DNA from: Ruminococcus albus 7 = DSM 20455
GTDB lineage: Bacteria; Bacillota; Clostridia; Oscillospirales; Ruminococcaceae
Direction of reading: 5' to 3'
NCBI RefSeq assembly: GCF_000179635.2
Contig: NC_014833.1
Coordinates: forward strand, 3,360,001 to 3,392,000
DNA: 32,000 bases
Shown: piece by piece, positions 22,966 to 32,000 of the stretch
Layout: each line of letters opens with the position of its first letter
Position numbering within the stretch: the first letter of the stretch is position 1
The notes under the pieces: model-generated
What the model saw: the letters and a program-made list of their open reading frames with translations, nothing else
The model's database searches: none
Told to the model about the DNA's origin: nothing
Made by a program: the position numbers and the translations under genes

Positions 22966-23240
22966 TGCAACGTGCAAAGTTTTGTTAGAATGGCAAACAG
23001 CGAGAGCCCACAGCCGACGCAGTCGCTGTTAGCGCTCTCTTGACCGAGTACGCGGAGTGAGGAACGAACGGAGCGCACGGAGCGTCAAGACTTTCAGGAG
23101 CGCGAAGGTCGAGCGTCGGGGGTATGGGGGGCTTCGCCCCCATTTAAGATAATTATCACGAGGCAAAAGTTTGTCAGAATATTTAGTTCGCAACAAACGT
23201 TTGTGAGAATATAATTATCACGCGGCAAAGTTGCTGAACG
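22966..23240 (+). repeat. repeat- and hairpin-rich spacer between rimP and nusA
   Basis: Four short palindromes of the form CAAA-n-TTTG or GCAA-n-TTGC. Three of them are followed by G-T-n-AGAAT (22973-22990, 23163-23180, 23194-23210). The fourth is gcaaagttgc (23226-23235). Direct repeat ataattatcacg[a/c]ggcaaa at 23149 and 23211. A central GC-rich block (23002-23145) holds several stem-loops. Confidence 0.5.
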
Positions 23241-23368
23241 CAACACGCAAGTCCCGCGGTTAGAACAGGCGGAACTTCACAAAAAGCAATAAGCAAACAA
23301 TTGGACGGTTAGCCGTCCGTCAGGGATAAAGTTAAGAGAATATTTTCAGAGAGGAATGGTCATAAAAG

Positions 23369-24487
23369 ATGAACGAACAGTTTTTTAATGCGCTGGCAGA
23401 TCTGGTCAGCGAGAACGAGATCGACAAGGACGTACTTATCGAGAAGATCAGAGAAGGCATCATCAAGGCTATAAAGAAGGAAAATCCCGAGAGCGAGCAT
23501 ATCAGAGTTGATATTGAGCCTGCTACCGGCAAGCTGGAGATGTGCATACTCAAAGAAGTAATGAAGGTAATGTTCGTGGATGACCCAGCTAACGAGATAT
23601 ATATCGGTGAGGCACAGACCTATGACCCCGATATAAAGGTGGGCGACTGGGTAGAGATACCTGTTAACCCCGCTAAGATAGGCAGAGTTGCGGCACAGTT
23701 CGCAAAGCAGTCCATAAAGCACGATATCAAGGATTTCGAGAGAAACAAGCTGATAGAGCAGTACAAGGACAAGGAACACGAGATAGTTACCGCTACGGTA
23801 CAGAAGGTAGAGCCTGCTACAGGCAACGCTGTTATCACCATCGACAAGAACGAGCACTACTTCTACCGCAGTGAGCAGATACCCGGCGAGGTCCTCAAAG
23901 AGGGCGACAAGATCAAGGTATACATCGTGAGCCTTGGCGGCGGCGAGAAGAGACAGCCTGTCGTTAAGCTTTCGAGAACTCACAAGGATCTGGTAAAGAG
24001 ACTGTTCGAGCTGGAAGTTCCCGAGATCGCTGACGGCACAGTTGAGATAAAGTCCATATCCAGAACAGAGGGCGTAAGAAGCAAGATCGCTGTATGGTCC
24101 AAGGACAAGAACGTTGACGCTGTGGGTGCCTGCATAGGTCCCAAGAAGTCCAGGATATCCGCTGTGGTACAGGAACTGAAGGGCGAGAAGATAGACGTTA
24201 TCAACTGGGTAGAGGACGAAGCAGAGTTCATCGCAAAGGCGCTGGCACCTGCTGAGGTACTCAGCGTTGAACTGCTGGAGCCTGAGGTAAGGATCGAGCA
24301 CAAGGGCGAGGAAAAGGAATTCGAGAGAGTTATCAAGAAGTGCCGTGTCATAGTTCCCAACAGTCAGTTCTCACTGGCGATAGGAAACAAGGGTCAGAAC
24401 GCAAAGCTGGCGGCAGGACTCACAGGCTACAAGATAGACATCGTCCCCGAGAACGCTCCCGAGAGTGCGGAGACAGAGGAAGAATAA
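23369..24487 (+). CDS. nusA: transcription termination/antitermination factor NusA
   Basis: N-terminal domain MNEQFFNALADLVSENEIDKDVLIEKIREGI, an S1 region, and KH motifs (CIGPKKSRI; AIGNKGQNAKLAAGLTGYKIDI). Confidence 0.95.
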   Translation: MNEQFFNALADLVSENEIDKDVLIEKIREGIIKAIKKENPESEHIRVDIEPATGKLEMCILKEVMKVMFVDDPANEIYIGEAQTYDPDIKVGDWVEIPVNPAKIGRVAAQFAKQSIKHDIKDFERNKLIEQYKDKEHEIVTATVQKVEPATGNAVITIDKNEHYFYRSEQIPGEVLKEGDKIKVYIVSLGGGEKRQPVVKLSRTHKDLVKRLFELEVPEIADGTVEIKSISRTEGVRSKIAVWSKDKNVDAVGACIGPKKSRISAVVQELKGEKIDVINWVEDEAEFIAKALAPAEVLSVELLEPEVRIEHKGEEKEFERVIKKCRVIVPNSQFSLAIGNKGQNAKLAAGLTGYKIDIVPENAPESAETEEE

Positions 24488-24488
24488 T

Positions 24489-24767
24489 ATGCCAGTAAAG
24501 CCGAAGAAGATACCGATGAGAATGTGTCTCGGCTGCGGCGAGATGAAGCCCAAGAAAGAGCTTGTCAGGGTGGTACGTTCAAAAGAAGGCGAGATAAACC
24601 TTGACCTGACAGGAAAAAAGGCAGGCAGAGGTGCATATATATGTGCAGACGCTGAATGTCTGAAAAAGGCACGCAAGGGCAGAAAGCTGGAAAAGAGCTT
24701 CGCGTGCAGGATAGATGATGAGATATACGATTCTATGGAAAAGGAGCTGAGCGGTAATGAGCAGTAA
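24489..24767 (+). CDS. ylxR: YlxR family RNA-binding protein (DUF448)
   Basis: RMCLGCGEMKPKKELVRVV and GRGAYIC motifs. Start at the ATG immediately after the nusA stop. Confidence 0.85.
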   Translation: MPVKPKKIPMRMCLGCGEMKPKKELVRVVRSKEGEINLDLTGKKAGRGAYICADAECLKKARKGRKLEKSFACRIDDEIYDSMEKELSGNEQ

Positions 24768-25092
24768 CGGAAAATCAGGTATACTTTCAATGAGCCGCAA
24801 GGCAGGCAAGATCGTTATGGGCATGGACATGGTAAAGGATGCTTGTTCCCTCGGGAATGCCAAAGCGGTATTCACTGCGGCGGACATCTCTGAGAAATCG
24901 CTGAAAGAGGTAAGATACACCTGTGCGAGATACGAGGTGAAGCTTTACGCACTGGGCATGACTATGGACGAGGTAGCCCTGGGTCTGGGCAAGCGCGTAG
25001 GCGTGGTGGCGATGACCGATGCAGGTTTCGCAAAGAGCTGTGCCAAGGGACTTGAAGAGATCGTGATCGACAGGAACGAATTCGGTATCTGA
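24757..25092 (+). CDS. ylxQ: L7Ae/L30e family ribosome-associated protein (YlxQ-like)
   Basis: SRKAGKIVMG...AKAVFTAADISEK...LG pattern. Conserved position between ylxR and infB. Confidence 0.8.
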   Translation: MSSNGKSGILSMSRKAGKIVMGMDMVKDACSLGNAKAVFTAADISEKSLKEVRYTCARYEVKLYALGMTMDEVALGLGKRVGVVAMTDAGFAKSCAKGLEEIVIDRNEFGI

Positions 25093-25183
25093 TAAATAAC
25101 GAGAAAAAATATGAGCCTTTTACGCGACGCGGAAGGCTATGGAAGAAAAAATATGTTCATCGTAAACAGAAGGAGGATATCTA

Positions 25184-27775
25184 TTGCCTATGAGTACGAA
25201 AGCAACTAAGAAGATAAAACTGGGCGACCTGGCTAAGAACCTGTCGCTGACCAACAATGATATAGCGGAGTGTCTTGAAAAGCTGGACGGTGTTACCAGA
25301 AAGACACAGGCTTCACTGACACCGGAAGAGGTAAGCTACGTATTTGAATACTTCACCCAGAATAATCAGGTGGAGAACTTTGATGCATACTTTGCAAACA
25401 CTGTAAAGCCTGCTGAGGAGCCTAAGCCCAGGAAGGCCGAGAAGAAGACCGCGGCTAAGGCAGAGGAAAAGAAGACTGCTCCCAAGACGGAGGAGAAGAA
25501 GGAAGCTGTTAAGGCTGAACCCAAGGTCGAGGAGAAAAAGCCAGAGGTCAAGGTCGAAGAAAAGAAACCCGAGCCCAAGGCAGAAGAAAAGAAGGAAGCT
25601 GTTAAGGCTGAACCCAAGGCTGAGGAAAAGAAGCCCGAAGTAAAGGCTGAGAAGAAGCCCGATAAGAAGAAGGAAAAGAAGGAAGCCAAGAAGCAGGAAC
25701 ACGGTGTGAAGATGCAGCTGGGCGGCGGAAGTTCCTTTGGCGGCGATGACAGCAAGGGCTATACTGTATCTGAGAGCACCGACGATCATTCGGACGGCAA
25801 GAGAAGAACTGTCGATACACGCGGAAGCTACATCGAGCTGGACAAGTACAACGAGAAGTACGACAATATGGCTACCAGCAAGCAGGGCAACAAGAACGAC
25901 AACTTCCGCAAGAAGCAGAAGATAACCCAGAAGTCCCAGCAGTACAAGAAGCAGCAGCACTCCCACAAGAAGGAGACCGAGCAGGATAAGCTGAACAGAC
26001 TGGCTCTTGAAAAGGCAAGAAAGCAGCAGCTGAAGGTAATGATACCCGATGAGATCGTAGTATCCGAACTGGCAAGCAGACTGAAGGTAACTGCTACCGA
26101 GGTCATCAAGAAGCTGATGGCACTGGGCGTATTCGCTTCAATCAACGAGGTAGTTGACTTTGATACAGCTTCACTGGTAGCTGAGGAGCTGGGTGCAAAG
26201 GTAGAGAAGGAAGTACACATCACCATTGAGGAAAGACTTATAGAGGACGAGGCTGATGCTCCCGAGGATCTGGAGGATCGCTGCCCTGTAGTAGTTGTTA
26301 TGGGACACGTTGACCACGGTAAGACTTCCATACTCGACAGAATAAGAAACGCTAACGTTGCAGAGGGTGAAGCAGGCGGTATCACACAGCATATCGGTGC
26401 TTACCAGGTAAAGTGCAACGGACAGAAGATAACATTCCTGGATACCCCCGGTCACGAGGCATTTACTTCCATGAGAGCAAGAGGTGCGAATATCACCGAT
26501 ATAGCTATACTCGTTGTTGCGGCTGATGACGGTATCATGCCACAGACTGTAGAGTCTATAAACCATGCAAAGGCAGCAGGAGTATCCGTTATAGTTGCTA
26601 TAAACAAGATGGATAAAGAGGGTGCTGACCCTGACAGAGTAAAGCAGCAGCTGACCGAGCATGAACTGGTAGTTGAAGAATGGGGCGGTGACGTTATCGC
26701 AGTTCCCGTATCTGCAAAGACAGGCATGGGCATTGACGAACTGCTTGAGAACGTACTGCTGGTAGCAGAGGTCAAGGAGCTTAAAGCTAACCCCAACAGA
26801 CTTGCTAAGGGTGCTGTTATCGAAGCACGTCTTGACAAGGGCAAGGGTCCTGTTGCTACACTGCTTGTACAGAACGGTACTCTCCATGCAGGCGACGTTA
26901 TCATCGCAGGCACATCTGTCGGCAGAGTAAGAACCATGACAGACTACCGCGGCAAGCCTATCACTGAGGCAGGTCCTTCCACACCTGTTGAGATAACAGG
27001 TCTGGGCGAAGTTCCTACCGCAGGTGAGACCTTCAACGCAGTTGAGGACGAGAAGCTGGCAAGAGAACTGGTAGAGCAGCGTAAGCACGAGGCTAAGGAA
27101 GACGAGTTCAAGAAGTTCCAGAAGGTAACACTGGACAATCTGTTCTCACAGATATCCGAGGGCGAGATGAAGGAGCTGCCTATCATCGTAAAGGCAGACG
27201 TTCAGGGTTCTGTGGAAGCTGTAAAGCAGTCGCTGGAAAAGATATCCAACGAAGAAGTAAGAGTAAGAGTTATCCACGGTGCTGTCGGTGCGGTAAACGA
27301 GAGCGACGTTATGCTTGCTAATGCATCCAACGCTATCATCGTCGGATTCAACGTTCGTCCCGACCCTGTTGCAAAGGCAAATGCTGAGCAGGACGGTGTC
27401 GAGATAAGACTGTACCGTATAATCTACGATGCTATCGAAGAGATCACCGACGCTATGAAGGGTATGCTTGCACCTAAGTACAGAGAAGTTGAGACTGCTC
27501 GTGTTGAGGTAAGACAGGTATACAAGATCAGCTCTGTTGGTACTGTTGCAGGCTGTTACGTACTGGACGGCAAGATCGGCAGAAACGACCTTATCAGAGT
27601 CGTTCGTGACGGTATAATCGTGGCTGACGACAAGATGAGCTCCCTGAAGCGTTTCAAGGACGATGCTAAGGAAGTCAGCGAAGGCTTCGAGTGCGGTATC
27701 ACTCTGGAGAAGTTCTCCGATATCAAGGAAGGCGACATCTTCGAGGGATACATCATGGAAGAGTACCGCGACTGA
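25184..27775 (+). CDS. infB: translation initiation factor IF-2
   Basis: aggagg lies 7 nt before the TTG at 25184; the alternative ATG at 25190 is 13 nt away. G-domain motifs [17 protein letters not shown] and NKMD. The N-terminal K/E/P/A-rich repeat region is typical of IF-2. Confidence 0.95.
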   Translation: MPMSTKATKKIKLGDLAKNLSLTNNDIAECLEKLDGVTRKTQASLTPEEVSYVFEYFTQNNQVENFDAYFANTVKPAEEPKPRKAEKKTAAKAEEKKTAPKTEEKKEAVKAEPKVEEKKPEVKVEEKKPEPKAEEKKEAVKAEPKAEEKKPEVKAEKKPDKKKEKKEAKKQEHGVKMQLGGGSSFGGDDSKGYTVSESTDDHSDGKRRTVDTRGSYIELDKYNEKYDNMATSKQGNKNDNFRKKQKITQKSQQYKKQQHSHKKETEQDKLNRLALEKARKQQLKVMIPDEIVVSELASRLKVTATEVIKKLMALGVFASINEVVDFDTASLVAEELGAKVEKEVHITIEERLIEDEADAPEDLEDRCPVVVVMGHVDHGKTSILDRIRNANVAEGEAGGITQHIGAYQVKCNGQKITFLDTPGHEAFTSMRARGANITDIAILVVAADDGIMPQTVESINHAKAAGVSVIVAINKMDKEGADPDRVKQQLTEHELVVEEWGGDVIAVPVSAKTGMGIDELLENVLLVAEVKELKANPNRLAKGAVIEARLDKGKGPVATLLVQNGTLHAGDVIIAGTSVGRVRTMTDYRGKPITEAGPSTPVEITGLGEVPTAGETFNAVEDEKLARELVEQRKHEAKEDEFKKFQKVTLDNLFSQISEGEMKELPIIVKADVQGSVEAVKQSLEKISNEEVRVRVIHGAVGAVNESDVMLANASNAIIVGFNVRPDPVAKANAEQDGVEIRLYRIIYDAIEEITDAMKGMLAPKYREVETARVEVRQVYKISSVGTVAGCYVLDGKIGRNDLIRVVRDGIIVADDKMSSLKRFKDDAKEVSEGFECGITLEKFSDIKEGDIFEGYIMEEYRD

Positions 27776-27835
27776 GCCCTCGGGCGGGCGGCTCGTTTCC
27801 GCCTATTATCGGAAAGCTATAAAGGATAGTATAGC

Positions 27836-28291
27836 GTGACGGCGGGTCGAAAGATCTTGATAAACGAAATGAACGATACTAAGTTTGAATTTACGAATAA
27901 ACTGAATGTTGAGGACTATCTGCGATTTCGGGAGGAGGCGGGCTGGAAACGGCTTGCCGCCGAACAGGCGCAGGCAGGACTTGACAACAGCTATGCAGTC
28001 ATAGCAGCGGTGTCGGGCGGTGAAACTGTCGGCTTTGCCAGACTTTTATGGGACGGCGGATATGTGGCTTACCTCGCGGAGGTATACGTTATGGAGGAAT
28101 GCCGTCATCAGGGACTGGCTAAAGTGATGGTAGAAAATCTCATAGAAAAGCTGAGGGCTGAGAAAAAAGAAGGCTGGGAGATAAAGATACATCTTCTGGC
28201 TAATCTCGGCAGAGAAAGCTTTTACGAGCCTTTCGGATTCAGGACAAGACCTGATGACAAAGACGGCGCGGCTATGGATATGTGGCTGTAA
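27836..28291 (+). CDS. GNAT family N-acetyltransferase
   Basis: Motif A CRHQGLAKVMVENLIEKL (R-x-x-G-x-A) and a C-terminal FYEPFGF. Start is uncertain: GTG at 27836 with aaagga upstream, or ATG at 27869. Confidence 0.75.
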   Translation: MTAGRKILINEMNDTKFEFTNKLNVEDYLRFREEAGWKRLAAEQAQAGLDNSYAVIAAVSGGETVGFARLLWDGGYVAYLAEVYVMEECRHQGLAKVMVENLIEKLRAEKKEGWEIKIHLLANLGRESFYEPFGFRTRPDDKDGAAMDMWL

Positions 28292-28319
28292 AAGATAAAA
28301 TAAGGAAGGAGCTATATAA

Positions 28320-28715
28320 ATGGCATCACACAAGGCAGGACGTATGTCCGAGGATATAAGACGTATAATCTCGGGAAAAATGGCAGACCTGAAAGACCCG
28401 AGGATAAACGGAGGAGAGTTCCTGACAGTGGTACGCTGCGATGTGGCAAGGGACGGCTCTTTCTGTAAGGTATATATATCCAGCTTCAGAGGGCTTGAGG
28501 AAGCAAAGAAGGCTGTTAAGGGCTTTGAATCGGCTACGGGGTATCTCAAAAGGGAGATATCAAATGTGCTGGGTCTGAAAAAGTGTCCCGAGCTGAAATT
28601 TGTGGCTGATGATTCGATAGAGCATTCGGCTGCTATAACAAAGAAGCTGAGAGAGCTGGTAAAAGATGAGCGTTCCGAAGATGAAGAGGGCGCTGAGGAG
28701 TCCGCAGAGGACTAA
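28320..28715 (+). CDS. rbfA: ribosome-binding factor A
   Basis: RBS aaggaagg. RRIISGKMADLKDPRI...LTVVRCDVARDGSFCKVYIS and LKKCPELKF motifs, with an acidic tail. Confidence 0.9.
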   Translation: MASHKAGRMSEDIRRIISGKMADLKDPRINGGEFLTVVRCDVARDGSFCKVYISSFRGLEEAKKAVKGFESATGYLKREISNVLGLKKCPELKFVADDSIEHSAAITKKLRELVKDERSEDEEGAEESAED

Positions 28716-28735
28716 GGTATAGAAAGGGCTATTGT

Positions 28736-29686
28736 ATGGAATACGGCGAGATAAACAGGATTTTTGAAGAAAACGACAAATTTCTCATATTGACACACAA
28801 GAGCCCTGACGGTGATACGCTGGGCAGCGGTTTCGGGCTGTGCTATTTTCTGAGAGATATGGGCAAGCTGGCTAACGTGGTGAATTCTGACGGATTCCCC
28901 GAAAGGTATGACTTTATGTACGCAGAGTACACGGCGCAGGATTTCGAGCCCGAGTACATCATAGCTGTGGACATAGCCGATGTCACACTTATGGGCAGCG
29001 GACTTGCTAAATATCAGCAGGAGGGCATGGTGGACCTTTGCATAGACCACCACATATCGAACAAGCATTATGCAAAGCTGACCCATGTTGAGGGGCAGAC
29101 AGCTGCTGCGGCGCATATACTATATAAGATATTCAAGGAATCCGGCAGGAAGCTGAGGGACATCACAGCTAAGTGCCTGTACACGGGCATCGCTACGGAT
29201 ACAGGCTGTTTCAAGTACGAGAACACAACTCCCGAGACCCACATGGCGGCAGCGGAGCTTATGGCTTACGATATCGACTTTGCCAACGTAAACAGGAAGA
29301 TGTTCGATGTTAAGAGCAAGGGCAGGCTGAAAGTCGAGCAGGCTGTTACGGGTGCTATGGAATACTACCTGAATGACAGATGCGCGGTGATAAGCATAAC
29401 CACAGAGCTTATGGAGCGCTGCGGTGCTGACCCTGCGGAATTTGACGGACTGGCTTCAATACCACTTTCGGCTGAAGGTGTAATCATAGGTCTGACCATA
29501 AAACAGAGGCACTCCAACGTATACAAGATATCTGTGAGGACCACCGAGGAAATGGACGCTTCGGAGTTCTGCAGCTATTTCGGCGGCGGCGGACATATCC
29601 GCGCTGCAGGCTGTGAGATAAAGGGCACCCTCGAAGAAGTCAAGGAAAAGCTGCTTGAAAGAGCAGGACAGGTACTCGGTATATGA
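28736..29686 (+). CDS. nrnA: DHH/DHHA1 phosphoesterase (NrnA-type oligoribonuclease / pAp phosphatase)
   Basis: LTHKSPDGDTLGS, DHH (CIDHHISN), GIATDTG and GGGGH motifs. Confidence 0.85.
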   Translation: MEYGEINRIFEENDKFLILTHKSPDGDTLGSGFGLCYFLRDMGKLANVVNSDGFPERYDFMYAEYTAQDFEPEYIIAVDIADVTLMGSGLAKYQQEGMVDLCIDHHISNKHYAKLTHVEGQTAAAAHILYKIFKESGRKLRDITAKCLYTGIATDTGCFKYENTTPETHMAAAELMAYDIDFANVNRKMFDVKSKGRLKVEQAVTGAMEYYLNDRCAVISITTELMERCGADPAEFDGLASIPLSAEGVIIGLTIKQRHSNVYKISVRTTEEMDASEFCSYFGGGGHIRAAGCEIKGTLEEVKEKLLERAGQVLGI

Positions 29687-30582
29687 CGGATAAGGAAATA
29701 AGCGGTGTTATAGCGGTATACAAGCCCGCAGGCTGGACATCTTTCGATGTCGTGGCTAAGCTGAGGGGTATACTCCATACACGCAGGATAGGTCACGGTG
29801 GTACGCTCGACCCTATGGCGGAGGGCGTGCTGCCTGTATTTGTAGGAAAAGCCACCAAGGCTTGCGATATACTTCCCGATGTAAAAAAAGGGTATCATGC
29901 GGGGTTCAGGTTAGGTATAACTACTGATACGCAGGATATCACTGGTACAGTGCTCAAAGAGGACGGCATGGCTGTGACGGCTGAGGAATTCAAAACGGCA
30001 GCTGAAAAGTTCATCGGAAAGATAATGCAGGTGCCGCCCATGTATTCGGCGGTGAAAGTTGACGGCAAAAAACTCTACGAGCTGGCACGCGAAGGAAAAG
30101 TCATCGAGCGCGAGGCGAGGGAGATAACTGTGCTTTCACTGGTGACAGATGATTACGATGAGGTGACCCGAGAGGGACACATGACAGTGCTCTGCGAAAA
30201 GGGCACGTACATACGCACACTTATAAATGACATAGGCGATATGCTGGGCTGCGGCGGAGCTATGACCTCACTGGTGAGGACGTACTCGGCAGGGCTGGCG
30301 CTGGAAGATTGCCTGACCATAGAGGATATACAACAGAGAGTCGATGAGAACGGTGCAGAAAGTGTACTGACACGGCTGGACAAATGCTTTGAGGTATACC
30401 CCGAAGTCAGACTGGGAGCGCGGATAACTGCGCTTTACAAGAACGGTGTGAAGCTGAGAGCTGACCAGGTGGATGCGCATGAAGGTACTGTATACCGCGT
30501 ATACGGCGCCGACGGAGGATTCATCGGGCTTGGCAGGATGGCTGACGGAGGATTCAGAAGCGTTAAGAATTTTTTCGTATGA
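29683..30582 (+). CDS. truB: tRNA pseudouridine(55) synthase
   Basis: ATGA overlap with nrnA. GHGGTLDPMAEGVLPVFVGKATK catalytic Asp motif and QVPPMYSAVKVDGKKLYELAR. Confidence 0.95.
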   Translation: MTDKEISGVIAVYKPAGWTSFDVVAKLRGILHTRRIGHGGTLDPMAEGVLPVFVGKATKACDILPDVKKGYHAGFRLGITTDTQDITGTVLKEDGMAVTAEEFKTAAEKFIGKIMQVPPMYSAVKVDGKKLYELAREGKVIEREAREITVLSLVTDDYDEVTREGHMTVLCEKGTYIRTLINDIGDMLGCGGAMTSLVRTYSAGLALEDCLTIEDIQQRVDENGAESVLTRLDKCFEVYPEVRLGARITALYKNGVKLRADQVDAHEGTVYRVYGADGGFIGLGRMADGGFRSVKNFFV

Positions 30583-30599
30583 TCGAGGAATGATTTGAA

Positions 30600-31526
30600 T
30601 TGAAGGAGATCGACAAGGGCTTTTCGCCCGACAAGGGAACTGTCTGTGCGCTGGGACTGTTTGACGGTGTACACAGAGGACACAGGCTGGTCATAAACAA
30701 TGCGCTGTCGCTGGCGGAGAAACTTGGTGTCAGGTCTGCGGTATTTACATTCAGGACCGACACAGTGACTTCAAAGGGACACGACGGCAGGATAGAAATG
30801 ATACTCAGTGATGCTGAGAAATGCAGACATTTTGAGGATATGGGAGTAGACCTGTTGTATTCACCCGATTTTAACGAGCTTAAAAATATGTCTGCGGAGG
30901 CTTTTGTACGTGATATACTGTCAGGTCTGCTGGGATGCAGGGCTGTGGTGTGCGGCAGCGATTTCCGTTTCGGAAAAGGTGCGGAGGGCGACTGCAACAC
31001 GCTGGAGCTTTACGGCAGGATATACGGCATAGACGTAATGGTATGCGACAAGCTGAGCTACAAGGGCGAGGAAGTAAGCTCTACGGTGATACGCGAGTGC
31101 ATACGCACAGGTCAGATAGAAAAGGCAAACGAACTGCTCGGGTACATATTCGGGCTGAAACTGGTGGTAGAACATGGCAGGCAGCTGGGCAGGACCTGGA
31201 ACTTCCCTACCATAAACCAGACGATACCGCGCGGGCAGATACTGCCGAAATTCGGGGTATATGCCACAAGGGTCATGATAGACGGCAAAAGCCGTTTCGG
31301 CGTGACGAACATCGGTGTCAAGCCTACGCTCAAAGCCCATGATGCGCCTCTGGCAGAAACCTATATACTCGATTTTTCAGGTGACCTTTACGGCAGAGAG
31401 ATAGAGATACTGTTAGATAAGTTCATACGTCCCGAAAAAGGATTTGACAGCATCGACGAGCTGAAAGCGCAGATAGGTAAGGATACCCTGAAAGTTAGGG
31501 AGTTTTACGGAGTTGACAAGGAATGA
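30600..31526 (+). CDS. ribF: bifunctional riboflavin kinase / FAD synthetase
   Basis: TTG start. N-terminal GLFDGVHRGH. C-terminal kinase motifs GRQLGRTWNFPTIN and ETYILDFSGDLYGREIEI...RPE..F. Confidence 0.9.
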   Translation: MKEIDKGFSPDKGTVCALGLFDGVHRGHRLVINNALSLAEKLGVRSAVFTFRTDTVTSKGHDGRIEMILSDAEKCRHFEDMGVDLLYSPDFNELKNMSAEAFVRDILSGLLGCRAVVCGSDFRFGKGAEGDCNTLELYGRIYGIDVMVCDKLSYKGEEVSSTVIRECIRTGQIEKANELLGYIFGLKLVVEHGRQLGRTWNFPTINQTIPRGQILPKFGVYATRVMIDGKSRFGVTNIGVKPTLKAHDAPLAETYILDFSGDLYGREIEILLDKFIRPEKGFDSIDELKAQIGKDTLKVREFYGVDKE

Positions 31527-32000
31527 AGAAAGAAAGGAAAGAAATAACATTTCCGATACTCAACAAGATGATAGAGAACGGAAATGACCGTGTATTTTCG
31601 GTGGTATTATTTCTTGCGTCATTACTGGTCAGGGCGAACACTTCGTGGAATATCATAAGGAATATAGGCATACATTACGGCGGAGATTTTGTTAGATTCC
31701 AGGAATGGGAACTCGAGCTTGACCGACTGGGAATGAAGTTTTTCTCTGAATACAATGACATTCCATATTACTGGGGATTTACGCTGTTACTTCATGCAGT
31801 TAAGAAGCTCACTGGCGGATACAGCGGGATCATAGTTGTGAATGTGCTGATGACATCGGCGGCGGTGATATTTCTTTACAAAACAGCAAAGATAGTAACT
31901 AAAAGCAAAACGATCGCACTGTTGGCTGGGTTAGAGTATGTATACTGTCCTAAACTGATGGAATGGAACAACGCGTTGACAAGCGACGCGATAGCGATAT
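31523..32000 (+). CDS. integral membrane protein, 3'-truncated by window edge (possibly a GT-C / ArnT-like glycosyltransferase)
   Basis: ATG overlaps the ribF stop (ATGA). I translated 159 codons to the window end without a stop (MKKERKEITFPILNKMIENGNDRVFSVVLFLASLLV...GGYSGIIVVNVLMTSAAVIFLYKTAKIV...). It is absent from the ORF track because it has no stop. The functional guess is weak. Confidence 0.5.
   Translation, partial: MKKERKEITFPILNKMIENGNDRVFSVVLFLASLLVRANTSWNIIRNIGIHYGGDFVRFQEWELELDRLGMKFFSEYNDIPYYWGFTLLLHAVKKLTGGYSGIIVVNVLMTSAAVIFLYKTAKIVTKSKTIALLAGLEYVYCPKLMEWNNALTSDAIAI

Noticed and set aside
23360-24301. 313-aa minus-strand ORF; similarly 26171-27088 (305 aa) and 25313-26385
   Set aside because: They are antisense to nusA and infB, both unmistakable. 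The Leu/Ser/Val-rich translations are mirror-frame artefacts.
25430-25700. Imperfect tandem DNA repeats, for example gaagaaggaagctgttaaggctgaacccaagg occurring twice
   Set aside because: They lie in frame within the IF-2 N-terminal K/E/P/A-rich linker ([13 protein letters not shown]...), a normal low-complexity feature of IF-2. They are not a CRISPR array or a non-coding VNTR.
1-32000. Search for CRISPR arrays, tRNA or rRNA genes, transposases, integrases, phage genes and known defence systems
   Set aside because: I recognised no direct-repeat/spacer arrays, no tRNA-like cloverleaf candidates, and no recombinase or defence-associated motifs in any long ORF. I may have missed small or degenerate elements.

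Overview
Chromosomal window from a low-to-moderate GC Firmicute, probably a Ruminococcus-like Clostridium. This is inferred from a type-I dockerin module, heavy ATA-Ile and AGA/AGG-Arg codon use, and Bacillus-type operon organisation. No rRNA, tRNA, CRISPR array, transposase or integrase was recognised.

Layout:
(1) 1-2530 (+): 3' end of a CPBP protease gene, a membrane-anchored alpha/beta hydrolase, and two tandem PspC-domain minigenes.
(2) 2730-6304 (+): a polyol-phosphate / teichoic-acid-like trio of LicD-family, TagF-like CDP-glycerol glycerophosphotransferase and TarI/IspD-like cytidylyltransferase.
(3) 6395-7027: a strongly AT-rich GNAT cassette with its own consensus promoter.
(4) 7071-19436 (-): the stand-out region. 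It is a ten-gene, mostly translationally coupled operon that is more GC-rich than its flanks. In transcription order it encodes a dockerin-bearing PQQ-like beta-propeller, an Ig-repeat/DUF4430 protein, a secreted alpha/alpha-toroid (prenyltransferase/squalene-oxidase repeat) protein, MoxR AAA+, DUF58, a transglutaminase-like membrane protein whose catalytic triad appears substituted, a small DUF4430 protein, and a dedicated ECF transporter (T, fused A-A', S). The alpha-toroid plus DUF4430 pairing mirrors the two domains of eukaryotic transcobalamin or intrinsic factor. I therefore propose a surface corrinoid-like ligand capture and import system. I could not find a cobalamin riboswitch, so the substrate is open.
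(5) 19437-20095: a roughly 650-nt apparently non-coding divergent region with consensus promoters at both ends.
(6) 20144-22183 (+): SLOG/DUF1273, a degenerate LCP-like protein and a PII-like protein.
(7) 22237-31526 (+): the classical rimP-nusA-ylxR-ylxQ-infB-(GNAT)-rbfA-nrnA-truB-ribF operon. It has a leader attenuator hairpin and an unusual 418-nt repeat- and hairpin-rich spacer between rimP and nusA.
(8) 31523-32000 (+): 5' part of a membrane protein gene.

All functional calls rest on motif recognition by eye. No database search was run.
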